Counted from the first letter of the stretch, positions 24,913-46,445 are shown. The stretch is DNA of 64,000 nucleotides from Paragordius varius (GCA_964247055.1 OZ176054.1:7316001-7380000); one strand, 5' to 3'. Made by a program: numbers and translations. Notes: a model not told the origin generated them from the sequence alone.

Positions 24913-27143
24913 TAATATCTATATTTCGTGGCAATAACTCCCGGTTACCTAAAAGCTTATGGGAATATTAATAAATAAATATTTATGTTATATAAGTATT
25001 TTAACCAGTTTGCATCATTTTTTTATATATTGCTATTCCAATAAATTTCGTTATCTCTTATCATTCTTTTATTTTTAGTCTGTTTAATTGGTTAATTTTA
25101 TGACTTTAAAAGTTTAATTTTTTACCGTAAGTTGTAATAATTTTTCTTCATTAATATGTTTCCTTTCTGGCATAATAATTTCTATATCATTATATTTATT
25201 TACGAAATTACATTTTTAAAATATAATTTCTATATTTGAGAACTTAGTCTAGGGTGAAATTGAATTGTACAAGGGTGAGATTAAATTGCTGAAGGTTAAT
25301 ATATATAATTTAAGGCGATTTACTTTTTGCCTGCCTTTGTGAAATTATTCCTTACAAATTATATATCAGGAGTGTCTAACACAAATGGCATCGCGGGCCG
25401 CATTCGAAAAACATATGAGCAATATTAAGTATAATATTAAATTTCAGTCATAATACCGTGAAAATAATTGCATAAATATAAAATTAATAATTATTTTGCC
25501 ATGTTTTTTATTTCGTTGCAGATTGAAAAATTAACCTAATTTGGTTAAATAGCAATTTTACCTAAGTATTGTGAGCACATTTTTGTAACTCGGAGGGCTG
25601 CCGCGACTATAGATGTTTTTGTAGAACATCCGAAATTGTCTGCTGTTAGTTCATCAATGGTGATCCAGCCAACACTACGGGGAAATAGTATTAGAATTAA
25701 TCATGTTTAAAAAAGGAAGGGGCGCTTTTCTTCATTTACCTGGAATTCCATTTGATTTGTATTTATTTTTCTGTTCGTATTAGAATATATATTATAATTA
25801 TATTGTAATCTTTCAAATGCGGTTTTGTATTCAAGACTTTAATCTGATATTACATTTCAAACAATATATTTGTAGTCACCTTATATTATACGCTAATAAA
25901 TTGTCATTTAAAGCCAAAGTCGAACTTGAAATGGAAAAAATAGGGGTCGCTGTTATACTAATCTTTATTTATAGGAAAAAAATTATCCTTAAATTTTTTT
26001 TTATATTAATTAAAAAAAGCTTAAATTACCATATTTATTTGTCAATGTATTTATTATGTTTCGATATTATTTCATAAAATTGAGAAAAATAGCTTATTTT
26101 TTGAATTTGGATATTTATTATTATAATGGCTAGAAACACATACAAAATATTTAATTGGTGGAAAGATATATGCGGCAATTAGCGGTTGTTTCCAAAATAT
26201 AAATCATTAAATAATTATTAATTAATCCAGTTTAATTAAGCTAAATATTATTATTAAAAATTTGATTATTTTTATTTCTGGCTTTATTGAGAGCCCCGTC
26301 TCAACGGCAACCAGTTTTTTAAAGCGTATCATATAACTTTGCGGTTTTATCGGGTTTATTCAACTAGTTTTTTTGCAACTAAGTATGATTCAATTATCGA
26401 GATTATTTTTAAAAAATATAATGCATGGATAGAATTAACGTAAATATCTAAGTAAAATATTAAGAATCTTAAAATTAACAAGCCGTTTTGTTTTTGGTTC
26501 GGTTACTCTAAAAGCAACAATTCTTGATCCCTTGGTTCTGGCTTTGAAAATCTTTTTTGCCAAAAATAGAAAAAATAATATAATGAACCCAGAAATTTAA
26601 TAAAAAGATAATATTAATAATTATTATTAAATTTTTGCAAATTTGATTCCAAAATGGTTTTCAAAAAAAGCTTGGATCTTGCCATACCTACTAAATATAT
26701 GTTAATATTTTTTAGAAAAATAAATTATATTTGTTGTCATTATCGGCTAATTTATATCTATTAGATATTACACATGAGTGCGCGGTTACAGTATTTCAAT
26801 AAATACATTGTAATAAAATATAGTTTATGTCCATTAAATGAATTCTGCCTCTTAAAATTGATAAAAATGTGTAAATTTGGGGAAATCATATTCAAAAAAT
26901 ATACATACAGGTGATATATATATTACAAAAACATTATATAAATAAAAACTTGAAATAGATAGATCTAGAGAAATAGTGACCAATTTTTGTGAATGGAAGA
27001 TTTGGAGTTTGGTAAATTGTAAAGATGCAAAAATATAAATGTTATAAAATCGCTTTTATAAAAAAAATTATTATATAAAAAATTTTCTTCAATTTATTTT
27101 CACTGTGATAAGATTATGTTATATCATTGAAGTTGTTGAAACT

Positions 27144-34962
<7,819 letters not shown>

Positions 34963-35534
34963 ATGCCCTTACTAGAGTAGATATAACATATATGTTGAAC
35001 GGAGTGAACAAGATGAAACAATAAAACATTATTGGATACAAAATATAACACCATTTCAATACTATTAGCGCATTCAGAAGACGAATCATTGTGATCAAAT
35101 ATTATATAATAAAGCCGATCACCATCGTCGGTACCTGCATATGCCGTTTCTAACAATTCAAAATAGCTTTGTTTTGAAAGAAAACTTTTTAATAGAAAGC
35201 GTTAGGTTAACCCCAGATACTAAATTTTAGAAATTAGATTTTAAGATCTTCTAACCCATAGTATTAATATTACAGGATAGATATGTGTATTTTATATCCT
35301 ATAAACATAAATTTATATATTTAATTTCATACAGCGTTTACAAAACAATACCCCGGCGAAATATCTATTCTGATACGAAAATGTATCATAATTTTTGTTG
35401 GCACTTACGAGTGAATAAGAACGTTTTATATAAGAAATTGGTAAAATTTGCGCCAATTTTGTCAAAAAAAATTTTGGTGGAAAAGATTTATACCAACCTA
35501 AATATATCAATTATATAAAGCCATACCATATTAA

Positions 35535-36030
35535 CACTTGGATACAACACATTAATTTTAATTCGATTTAAATTGGGGTAGTTGGATACCCCAGGTGTGT
35601 TTAAAATTAAATACTTCAAAAAAATATGTAAGTAATTGAAACCATGGCTAACACTTATATAACATTAATGAACCCAAACAAAAAAATATGTTCAAAAATA
35701 CTAGATATTACTTATTTTAATGTAAAAGATAAAGGTAAAAATTTAGTCAACCTGACATGTGTGCATTAGCAAAATATAAAATAAATACAAAATAAACCAC
35801 TCTCTCTCTGTTTCTATCAATTTTTAATTTAAATAAAAAATAAGATTTCATTTTAGCTTTAAAATTAAATAAAAACGATATATTGAAAAAATGTTGTAAA
35901 ATAAAAATGGCGGCGAAATAGTTTGATATGGAACTTTTGTTTCAAGACTAAATTATTAAGATATTTCGGCGTTTTTATATAATTTTTAGGTTAATAGACG
36001 GATGAATTTAAATTGGGACCGTTTCTTTCA
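35535..36030. mobile_element. 3'-truncated copy of the TTAA/CACTT MITE
   Basis: ttaa|CACTTGGATACAACAC...GGGGTAGTTGGATACCCCAGG; the body is collinear with 36394-36950 but the right end is missing. Confidence 0.8.
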
Positions 36031-36324
36031 GTATAGACACCACAATGTGTGCTAATTTTCCAAATTTTTTTTCGAAAATAGGCTTTTTAAAATAAAAAGT
36101 ACAAAAAATTGTAATCGCTTAATTATAGCAACATTTTGTTGAAGCGTTGAGCCATGTATAAATAATATCCAAACGCTTGAGATATATAAAAAAAATTATG
36201 TTTAATCCGATGGCTCTAAGCATATCTATAACCTCCTCTTTAAAAATTGGTTAATCCTTAAATGAGTATAAATTGTTTTATACAAAAAGTTATCAAATTC
36301 AAAAGCAAACAATCCATTAATTAA

Positions 36325-37425
36325 CACTTAAATACAAGACATTCATTTTAGTCCTTCGATTTAAATTAGAGTAGATACCCAAGGCTTGTTTAACACTTGG
36401 ATACAACACATTCATTTTAGTCCTTCGATTCAAATTGGGGTAGTTAAATACCCCAGGCCGTTTAAAATTAAATTTTTCAAAAAATATGGAAGGAATCGAA
36501 ACCATGTAAAAATTTTGCACTTATATAACATTAATAAACCGATATACATAAAAAATATTATTCAAAATACTGGATATTACTTATTTTAAGTTAAAACCGA
36601 AATATAAAAATTTGGTCAACGTGACATGTGTACAATTGTAAAATTGAAAAATAATACAAAATAAACCGCTTTTTCTATTTCTGTCAATGTTAGATGTAAT
36701 TTAAATAAAAAAGTAGCTTAAATTTTACCCTTAAAATTAAATGGAGACGATATTTTGCAAAAATTTTGTTAAAAAAAATGTCGTCGAAGTAGTTTGACAG
36801 GGAACTTTTTTTTCCAAACAAAATTTTTTGGCATATTTATATAATTCTTATTAGGATAGAAGCATAAATTTAAATTGAGACCGTTTCCTTTAGTAGTTTT
36901 TTAAAAATCTGAGTCTGGGGTATTTAGATACCCCAATTTGAATCGAAGTGTTAAAATTAAAAATAAAAAACATAGAAGGAATCAAAACCATGGCAAAAAC
37001 TTTGCACCTATATAACATTGACCGAATATAAATAATAAAAAATATGTGATACTTTTTATGTAAAACCCAAAGGTAAAAATTTAGTCAATGTAACATATCC
37101 CCATTGGCTAAATTGAGTAATAATAAAATATAAACCACTTTTTTATTTTTATCAACGTTAGATGTAATTTAAATGAAAAAATTCTAATTCTAACGTTAGG
37201 ATCAAATAAACACGATATTCTGCAAAATTTTGTAAAATAAAAATGACGTCCAACTAGTTTGACATGGAAATTTTTTTCAAAACAAAATTTGTATTTGGAT
37301 ATTGGTTTTTTATAGTATTTTTATTAGGATAGAAGCATAAATTTAAACGGGGTTTGTTTCCTTGAATATTTTTTTAGAAATATTAATTTTAGTCTGGGGT
37401 AGATACCCCATTTTGAATCGAAGTG
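36325..37425. mobile_element. Two nested TTAA/CACTT MITEs: a younger copy (36394-36950) inserted in an older copy (36325-36389 + 36955-37425)
   Basis: The inner copy is bounded by ttaa|CACTT and AAGTG|ttaa. Removing it rejoins 'gtttaa|aattaaa', as in intact copies. The outer copy ends GAATCGAAGTG|ttaa. Confidence 0.88.
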
Positions 37426-37669
37426 TTAATTAAGCTGATAAAAACGTTTAGATACCGTTTTAAGCTTTAGAATATTATAAAAGCGCTTCAACCAAATTTT
37501 GATTTTAAATTTATTGCTTAAGCCCGCTTTAGAAGGGTGAAAAAAATGGGACTTACAGACCTAAATCTACAAATTGATATATTATGAAAATATTGTTTTG
37601 TTCTTATATGTAATTTTTAGTGATATTTTGCCACTAAAGCATTTAGCTTTCTTCAAAAAAACTTATTAA

Positions 37670-37839
37670 AAGAGATCAAGGTGTAAAAAAAGGGTAGCAG
37701 ACCCATGTCGCCACTGTCCACAAAAGACGTCCCTTGATGTCCTTCCATACCCCAGATGGTGGTTCAGTGACAGCAGTCTAGTAGCGATGGGGGTGGGGTT
37801 GCATCTAAGGATATAGTGGTACGTTATAGATATAGACAT
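37670..37839 (+). other. GC-richer island, candidate 5'UTR exon of the Kir gene
   Basis: It ends in a consensus donor ACAT|GTAAGT at 37840. An acceptor 'tttacattag' ends at 38109, 10 nt before the Kir ATG, and that frame carries a stop, so the exon would be non-coding. Confidence 0.4.
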
Positions 37840-38119
37840 GTAAGTATTCATTTTTGGTTAAGATGCGCAAATTTTGCCATTTTCTGATATTCGGCAGTTA
37901 TCATAAAGGCGCAAAAAACTTTCATATACCACTCGTAAATTAACCAAAAGTACCACAATAATCCTGGTACATATTCTTAATAAAATATATTATCAGGATA
38001 ACTTTTATATAAAAATTCCAAAAATTATGGATATAAATTTTAAAACTAGTGATTGAGTTCCAATTTAACAGTGGGAATAACTTAGTCATACTTTCCATGT
38101 TTACATTAGTTAAAAACAC

Positions 38120-41100
38120 ATGATGAATTCAAAATATGTGAATAATATACCTGACGCAATTTCGCCTCATGGATCAGAAACAAGTTATGTTGAAGTTCAG
38201 CCAGACTCGGATATTCCAACCACCAATACAGTTTTAAATATAGGCAATCGGAACATATATGTCACTTCGATTTTAAATAACTATTTAGATAATAATGGCT
38301 ATGATAATTATGATACGCTTGATACATTTGAGGCATGCCGTTTAAATATAGACTTTTCAAAGCTTTCTTTAGACGATAATGCTAGAAAACCTCCTATATC
38401 GACGGCTTCTGAAAACACATTAAATGTTAATTCACAATCTACTTCACTCTTTAAATTCTTTAAGCGAAAAACATCGTTGCCTAATGTTGAAAATGATGCA
38501 TTGCATATATTGGATCACAATGTACCTGATACTCAATCGAAAATCGATTTACATTCTGCTGATACCTCGTTTGTTAGAGTTAATTATGATGATAGCCAAA
38601 CTAATAGTGAATTAAGACGTGGATTATTGAAGCCAGAAACGAATCCAATTCATGTCAACTTTGACGATAACCGTCCTCATATTTTATCAGATTCATTTAC
38701 AAGCGTTAAACAGATTGATAATGTTGATAAAGGTGCCAATGAACAATCTACCGAAAAAATTAGCAACATTCTTGGCGATTTAATTTCAGCAAATTTTGGG
38801 AATGATTTAAAACAAGTGTACAAAAGCAGTCATAAGGACAAGGCCACACCTCTTGTGTTTCGTCGTGTCCGTAAACGACTTATAAATAAAGATGGTTCCA
38901 CAAACGTGGCTCAATCAAACATTAGTCGCCTTAAAATACATTATTTGACGGATATTTTTACAACGTTGTTGGATACGAGATGGAGATGGTCTTTTCTCAT
39001 TTTCACCCTCGGTTTCTTGCTTTCCTGGCTCTTTTTTGCTATCATTTGGTGGTTTATAGCTTTTACTCATGGGGATTTGGAGCATACTCAGGATCCTGAA
39101 TGGCATCCATGTTATACAAGGGCTTATGGTTTTATTTCAGCATTTCTGTTTTCAATCGAACTTCAACACACCATAGGGTTCGGTTATCGACACATAACTG
39201 AGGAATGTCCTGAAGCTATCCTAGTTTTTATCATCCAAGCCATAACTGGAACTATGATACAAGTTTGTTTTTTATGCCTTTTCCAATTATATATTATATT
39301 TGGTAATTTAACGTTTTCCCTTAACTGACTGTTTACATTACACCATACGCTACTGTATATATAATTAAGTAGTATAAAGCTGATTAAAATATTTATGAAT
39401 GAAATTATTATAAATTTATGACCTATGAAAGTTTGACATTTCCGTAATTGAAAAAAAGTCGGTATATTTTAAATTTTGTCTTTGATGTTTCATTTGTTTT
39501 GCGCGGTTAAAAGAATTTTATAATAGTTTGTCAGCGTTTATATTTCTTTCTACCAATCCTATTTAAATTGGTAAATATGATTTTATAATTGAAAAAATAC
39601 GCATGTTTTTTAGATAATAAATTATGTGCCAAATATAATTGATTAACATAAAGTTGATACAATGTAATGGATTGATACTGTTTTGTATCATTTGTTAAAT
39701 CCGTGAAATAATGATTTAAACCAAAATTAAACTGAAAATGTATGAAAATTTAACTTGAAATTAAATTTTAAATTGAAAATATTAAATGATAGTAAAACCA
39801 TTCGTCAATAGTAATCACTAGCACTCATCAGTAGGACACAACTCTTATCCGTCATTTACTATTTAAACATCAACTTTATCTTATGTTTCTTTAACAAAAA
39901 GTGTACTGCTTAGTAATAAAATTTATTTCTAAATCTAGGGTACTCAGTGTTAATTTCTCGTTTTTTTCGAATTTTCAGTGTGATTTCATAAATGGCCATT
40001 AAGTTTAATTTAAATTTTATTATTGACTACATTTATATCAAAATTATTAAGTTGGATATATTTACGAAATCCATATGTAAAAACCCCAAGCCAAATTGTT
40101 GTGTCGTACTGATGAGGGTTAACAAGCACGAAACTAGTCTGCGATAACTATTAACGATGGGTTTCTTATATCATTCATTTTAAAATTTAATCTTATATTT
40201 AATTTTCATATCATTATCAGTTAATTTTCATTCATATCATTATTTGACGAATTAAACAATTATTAATATAATTAGTTGAATTTCTTTGTTTTGTAAATTA
40301 TCATTGTTTATTTAATAGAGTCATCATATTTTTATAATCTTCTGGTATATTAAATTTAAAAATATTTATTTTAGTTTACCATTACAGGTGACAGAATTAT
40401 TTTTAGTTGTTATATATTTTTGTTTTTTAAGCAAAAGCTACAACATTTTTCATCATTTACACATTTAAAAACATGCGCTCAAGTTATATAGCTTATGACA
40501 TTTATTGCATAAATTTTGACCATAAAATATGCTTTTATAATACTTTAATAGTTGTTAATTGCTGAATTAAAATATTATTGCAGATATTCAAAAATAATAT
40601 TTTATGAAGGCTATATGCTTTTTTCCACTTTATCCAAGTTGGTCGTATCTATGAAAAGGAATGATAACTTTTAAATAAAAAGCCACTGTCAAAATATTTT
40701 GTAAATATGGAAATACTAATTTTAACTGGCTCAACGTATGCAATTTGTACCCTTACATCCTAAACTAAACGCCAAAAAGCACTATTTTATGCAAAAAATT
40801 ATTTTCATAATACAATTAGGGTTTCGTTATTGGTCTAATATTCAGCAAATTATCGCGACCAAAAAAACGTGCATGTACACTCATGTTTAGCAAGAATGCC
40901 GTCGTCTGCACGCGGGATGGGAAACTGTGTCTCCTGGTCCGGATTGGTGATATGAGGAAATCTCACATTATAGATGCCAGGACTCGGGCCTACCTTTTCC
41001 GCAAAAAGGTTACGCTCGAGGGTGAAATTATACCCTTACACCCACACATTATGAACCTAAGTTTTGATCCCAAGGGATTCAATGATAGGTATGATATGGG

Positions 41101-44100
41101 TTTATTTGATTATTTCTAAATTATGTCTAATGGACATATTTTATCATCGATTTTATTAAACGCCTTTTGGGGGTCATGATCCCAAATGGTTAGGTTTGAT
41201 GCTCTGACAAATGATATTAAACCGCTTTCCCGAACAATTTGGTTGAAATTTGATTATATAAAGAAAAAAAACTTAAACTTTAGTGAAAAAATTGAAAATT
41301 ACATAATGAAAAAGTGCATAATATTATTTATATTTTACACTTTATAAATGAATTTGGTGTTATCTAAGCTTAATATTTTCATTTGCGATATAACTAGTTA
41401 AAACCGAGAATGATGCATTTTTAATCAGTTAGAATTTCGATTTTGTTATTTTGTTTTATTTCGCTTATATATTTGATTCTCAATATCATATGTATCAATG
41501 CTCCTTTATTACTAAGATTTTAAATTGAAACCTTAATATATATTTTATATTGTCAATAAAAACGAATATTGTACGCGATGATAAATTTAGTTCTTAAAAA
41601 TCGTGTAAAATTATAATAGTAAATCCAAAATTTTATACATGATAGAGCATCCATCCATCTTTTTCAATGGTAAAATTTTTACAATGTTAGTATATTTCCT
41701 TTTATATTATCCATTATCTACCATGTATCTTGAATTTAATATATATATTATCATATTAGAATATTTTTGGGCTGGCCCAGTATTTTAATCCATGAAATAA
41801 GTGAAAAATCAGATTCCCCCCTATACAACCTAGGTGCTAGGGATTTGATGGATGAAAAATTTGAAATTGTTGTCATACTCGAGGGTATGATTGAAGCCTC
41901 GGGTATGAGTATGCAAGCTAGAACCTCTTATCTCCCAAGTTAGATCGAATTTTATTTCAATAATTTGATTCGTAAAATTTTTTAAAAATTTATTTTTCAT
42001 TGTAAGAAATAATATATCTGTTTAAATGGGTCTTTTGACTACTGCGATATTAAAATAGCTAAAACGACTCTCTAACATTAACCATTTTTACCTTTAAGTT
42101 TAGAATCAGTTAATCCTTATAATTCACGTTAAAAAAATATTCAGCCGTTTTATTATGTATAATTTTTCTGAATAAATTATCTTTTGATTTCTTTAACACG
42201 TTAATTAAATGGTGGTGCTGGAATGATAAACGAGTAAGTACGTCAGTTATTAACTATAATTTATTTATACGCCGCACTTCTAACCAAACAATTAATAAAT
42301 TATATAATTTCGAGGCCAAATTTATCTGACTATATTATACAACAAAGTTGTCCCTTAATTTACCCCTGGACCATTCAAAAGATATAGTGCCTTAAACATG
42401 AAGCCAAAAAAAATTAATCTTTTAAACTTATTTTACTTGAATAATAATTTTTATTATCTATCTATCTTAGGGATGTCCAACAATATCTTCGCGGCTTCTG
42501 CTTTAATAATTTTTGGGTTTTTTATTTATTTTGAGCTCAATTTTGGATGATATAGCGTCTATATAATCGTAAATTTTACATGGAAAACCGATTTTTTTAT
42601 AAACATCTTTTAGAGCATTTTTGCGAACCGAAAAAAGCGTGTTGGACATCCCTGATCTATTTATATAATATAAATTATTATAGACATTTTCAATTATTTT
42701 TTATACTCAGATAAAACCGTTTAAATTTCATACTTGATGGCTTCTAATATCCAAATATTTGTGTATCGATTTTCGAATTTTTCTATGCCATTATTGCTTG
42801 TAATTTTTGGTTATGATTAATCCGTCAGAGTTAATGATCAATAATGTTTACTAATAGTATTTAATATTAATCTTTTTAAGACTGAAATTATATTTAAACT
42901 ATATAATTAAAATCGGAATTATTTTTGTATTACGTCAAAGAAATAAATTTTTTGCTCAAAAATAATTTAACGTTTTATCCAAATAAAAAAGGTGAAATTT
43001 TATGGGGACATCGCTTTCAAAAACTGATTACGTATGTTCGGGAAGATGGTGAATATAACATTGATTATTCACGATTTCATGATACACAACTCTACAATAT
43101 GCCGCTTTGTAGTGCCCGAGACCTTGATATTCTACGTAAAAAGTATACGGAAAAACGGAAAAAACTACTTTTGAAACAAAGGCTAAGGAGTACACCCGTT
43201 TCACCTGAGGAAACCCCCGCTATGTTTCAACCTGATGAAAATGTTGTTTCGTTTGCAAAGGTAAGTCCAAAATGCTTTGTTGAAACCATGAATCAACCCA
43301 AAGAAAATGATGTAGATAGGCGAAAAAAGAAATCTGCTCTTATAGGTAAGTGTTTAGTTTTAAAAAAAATTAGTTTTAATTTCCAATTAAACAATTGGTT
43401 TAAACTTTAATATTTTTGTTTTATTTCATATTTGGGATAATTTTATGTCATGCTTTTATATTTGTCTAATGTTAAATAAATATTTTCCATGGTATTTTTT
43501 CCAATGCTAAGGAAATGGGTTTTCGGGTAAAAATAAGTAAAATTAAATCCACTATTACCCGCATCGAAAATATTTTAAGCGGTTTAGTTAAAAAATGAAG
43601 CTTGGGTCAAACAATTTGGTCGATAAATATTTTTTGGATCAAATTATATGCGTTTATGTGGACGAAATTGTTAAGGGCTTTTATTGTGCATAATTTTATT
43701 ATTCACCAGTTCATTCTAATATCTTTTGATTATACAAACTTTTATGAAGATTAAGGTATATGCGAGCCAGATTGCACTTATAGTTATTTATCTATAAAGA
43801 AATTAACTCTTTAGGATAGCATTCTAATTAAAAAGGTCTGTATTTTGTAAACATACAAACGTATTTTGAGTTTTTACTTATTTTAAAATAATTTATCGAT
43901 TAAAAATGCGTTTCCGAACAAAAAGCAATCGACTCGTTCCATGCCCCTTTTATTATTATCACAACTTTATCTAAATGTCATTATTTTTGTTTTGTTGTCC
44001 GTTATTATTAAAACGGTAATTATATGTAAATAAAAACTCAGCCGTTAAAATAGCATTGGCTGAATTAATGCTTTGACAAAAAATTTGGTTCGAAAGAGTT

Positions 44101-44560
44101 TTTGTACCATTAAAAAAATTCACATAATTATTAATTTAGTTTTTTTCATTACATAAGGTACGTATTCTCATTTTTTCTTTTGGCATTTTTCATATTATTG
44201 GATGTATTAAAAAATGTATTTACATATGTTACAGGTCTTCTACCAAGACAAGCATTTTCTCTGGATGATGAAAACAACAATGTTTCACCAGATCGTTCTT
44301 CTTCTCAAAATGATTCGGTTAAAATTGATGTCCTGCTACATCACGTTATGAAATTATCGACTCAAATTGACCGTTTACATAAGTTATATGATCCTTTATT
44401 CCGTAAATCTCAAACTGAGAGGGGCAATAGCACTACATTAAATAATACACATGATGTCGTAAATTCTACACAATCTATGCATACAAATCAAAATGGCAAT
44501 CAAAATCACACTAACACGTGGGCTCAAATTAACTCACAACTCAAAAATAGTCTTATATAG
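38120..44560 (+). CDS. Inward-rectifier potassium channel (Kir), 5 exons (38120-39262, 40820-41088, 41760-41938, 42992-43345, 44235-44560)
   Basis: RLINKDGSTNV, YLTDIFTTLLDTRWRW, FLFSIELQHTIGFGYRHITEECPEA, KLSRPKKRA..FSKNAV, RIGDMRKSHII, FEIVVILEGMIEASGMSMQARTSYLP|SEILWGHRF. All exon phases are consistent. Confidence 0.95.
39720..39845 (-). repeat. Internally deleted copy of the hammerhead-bearing repeat
   Basis: The minus strand reads gttgtgtccta-CTGATGA-GTGCT-[deletion]-agtgattactattgacgaatgg. Confidence 0.7.
40094..40152 (+). ncRNA. Minimal type-I hammerhead ribozyme within a ~200 bp dispersed repeat (about 40045-40205)
   Basis: gtgtcgta-CTGATGA(40109-15)-gggtt aaca agcac-GAAA(40130-33)-CTA-GTC(40137-39)-tgcgataactatt. 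Stem I pairs across the core, and helix III contains the palindrome ACTAGT. Confidence 0.8.
42468..42654. mobile_element. hAT-type MITE (187 bp)
   Basis: TIR (C/T)AGGGATGTCCAACA / TGTTGGACATCCCTG; TSD atctatct / atctattt. Confidence 0.85.
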
Positions 44561-45138
44561 AAACTTTTAGTTTTTAAAAGAAGAAAGAACTCGATCACAG
44601 TTCCAAAACATGGGAATTTAAAAAATATTATAACAGCCTTACTGAGAAATATAAATGCTGTCTAAGTAAAAATACATTGCTAATAGTTTTTAATTATAGC
44701 CACAGATAGTTTCACAGAAATATCAAGATTATTGTCTCAAAAGAGGTGCATATAAAATTATTCCCTATTTTAGTCAATAAAATGACTCTTTGCTGTGATT
44801 TAATGAGAAACTATCAATGTAATTTAACTCTCACTGTAAAAACATTGTATTTGAGTGGGTAAAGAAGTATATGCGGTTAAGATCTCTTTATGTGTGTATA
44901 TCTGTATTAATACTCAACCCTCCATATTATACAATATTACAGGTGTATTTTTTATATTTTATCTTAATTATTATTATTTGTATTTATATATCATATGCTC
45001 AAAAAAATGTATTCCATCCACGTTAATAAATGCAGGCATTGCTCATTTAATAATAATTGATACAAAAATGTATGTTTTAAAGCTATTCTCAACATTTTTT
45101 TTTAAAAAAATAAAAAAACTATGGTGGCGATGATACGT

Positions 45139-45176
<38 letters not shown>

Positions 45177-45634
45177 ATTTTATGGACTTAATAATGGATT
45201 CATTTTGGATAAAATAACTGGTCCTTTGGGATTTAAAGATCTGCTGTTATTTAATGACTTTTAAGAAATTGGAATGTTACTTAACTCATTATCCTCTATA
45301 ATAAATTTGAGAGTATCTTTAGTGTTTGAGTACTCTAAAAAGTCCGTCATGATATTTTTAGTTATTTATTTTATAAAAATAAGGTAATAAAAACACCATC
45401 AATACATCAAATTAATTATCTAATCAAAATATGTCCCTATTTTGGTTTAATAGTCAAATTTTTAATTATGTAACATTTTTTTATTTATCAAAGTATTATT
45501 GTTTTGATAAAGACTAAGCAAACATTAAATTAGTTGGCAGAAGGGGACATATTTTAATTTAGGATTACCAATGTTAATAACTTTTAAATATTTCATTAAG
45601 TGTAAGAATACAAAAAACGATCTCTTATATGAAG

Positions 45635-45665
<31 letters not shown>

Positions 45666-45713
45666 GATTAGTTTTGTTTTATTTATATCGATAAAAAATT
45701 TCTCTACCTAAAA

Positions 45714-45878
45714 CAGGGATGTCCAACACGCTTTTTTCGGTACTCAAAAATGTTCTAAAAAATTGGTCAAAAATTTAGGATTATTTAGAAGATATATCAT
45801 TCGAAATTGGGCTCAAAATAAATAAACACACCAAAAATATTAATGCAGCCGCGAAGATACTTGTTTTGGACACCCCTG
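45714..45878. mobile_element. hAT-type MITE (165 bp), same family as 42468 in the opposite orientation
   Basis: CAGGGATGTCCAA / TTGGACACCCCTG; TSD acctaaaa / gcctaaaa. Confidence 0.85.
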
Positions 45879-45998
45879 GCCTAAAAGATATATAAGAACA
45901 TGGAATAATTTTAATATTTGGCTACTGTTAAAATGATGATTTATAATTCAAGCTTTAAAACAATGGTGCGATTATGCATATGCACATTCATAAAGGAA

Positions 45999-46328
45999 AT
46001 ATATCATTTACAGTTCAAATTCACCCTTAAACAATTCAAATTCACCCTTGAACAATTCAACACCCTAAAAATAAATTATGTGTTTTTAAAATTTTACTCT
46101 ATACTTCATTTTCAAAAATTGAAATTTTGTCTAAAATTAATATAATACTGAAAAACTAATAAACTATGCCATAAAAATATATTAAGAATGATGAGTTTTA
46201 TATTAGCCCGAAAACACATAAATTAGTTTGAGGGTGAATTTGAATTCAAGGGCGAATTTGAATTGTGTGAGGGTGAATTCTAATTGTTCGAGGGTGAATT
46301 TGAACTGTTCAAGGGTATTATGGTATAT
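45999..46328. mobile_element. Foldback MITE with 21-bp arrays, copy d
   Basis: 'atatcatttacagttcaaattcaccc' ... '(gggtgaatttgaattgt)n...tggtata'. Confidence 0.85.
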
Positions 46329-46445
46329 AAATGTGGAGCTACACTTTTTCCGGAATATTGTTTCAAAGTGATGATTTTTTAGGGGTGGTGTATACATACA
46401 TGGGTGGGGCCACATCCAAAGACTAATAATTTTAAAAAGCCCTCC

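Noticed and set aside
25540-26700. Coding-like patches, for example minus-strand VGWITIDELTADNFGC and the plus ORF 25817-26077
   Set aside because: I could not build a stop-free spliced model on either strand or recognise a family.
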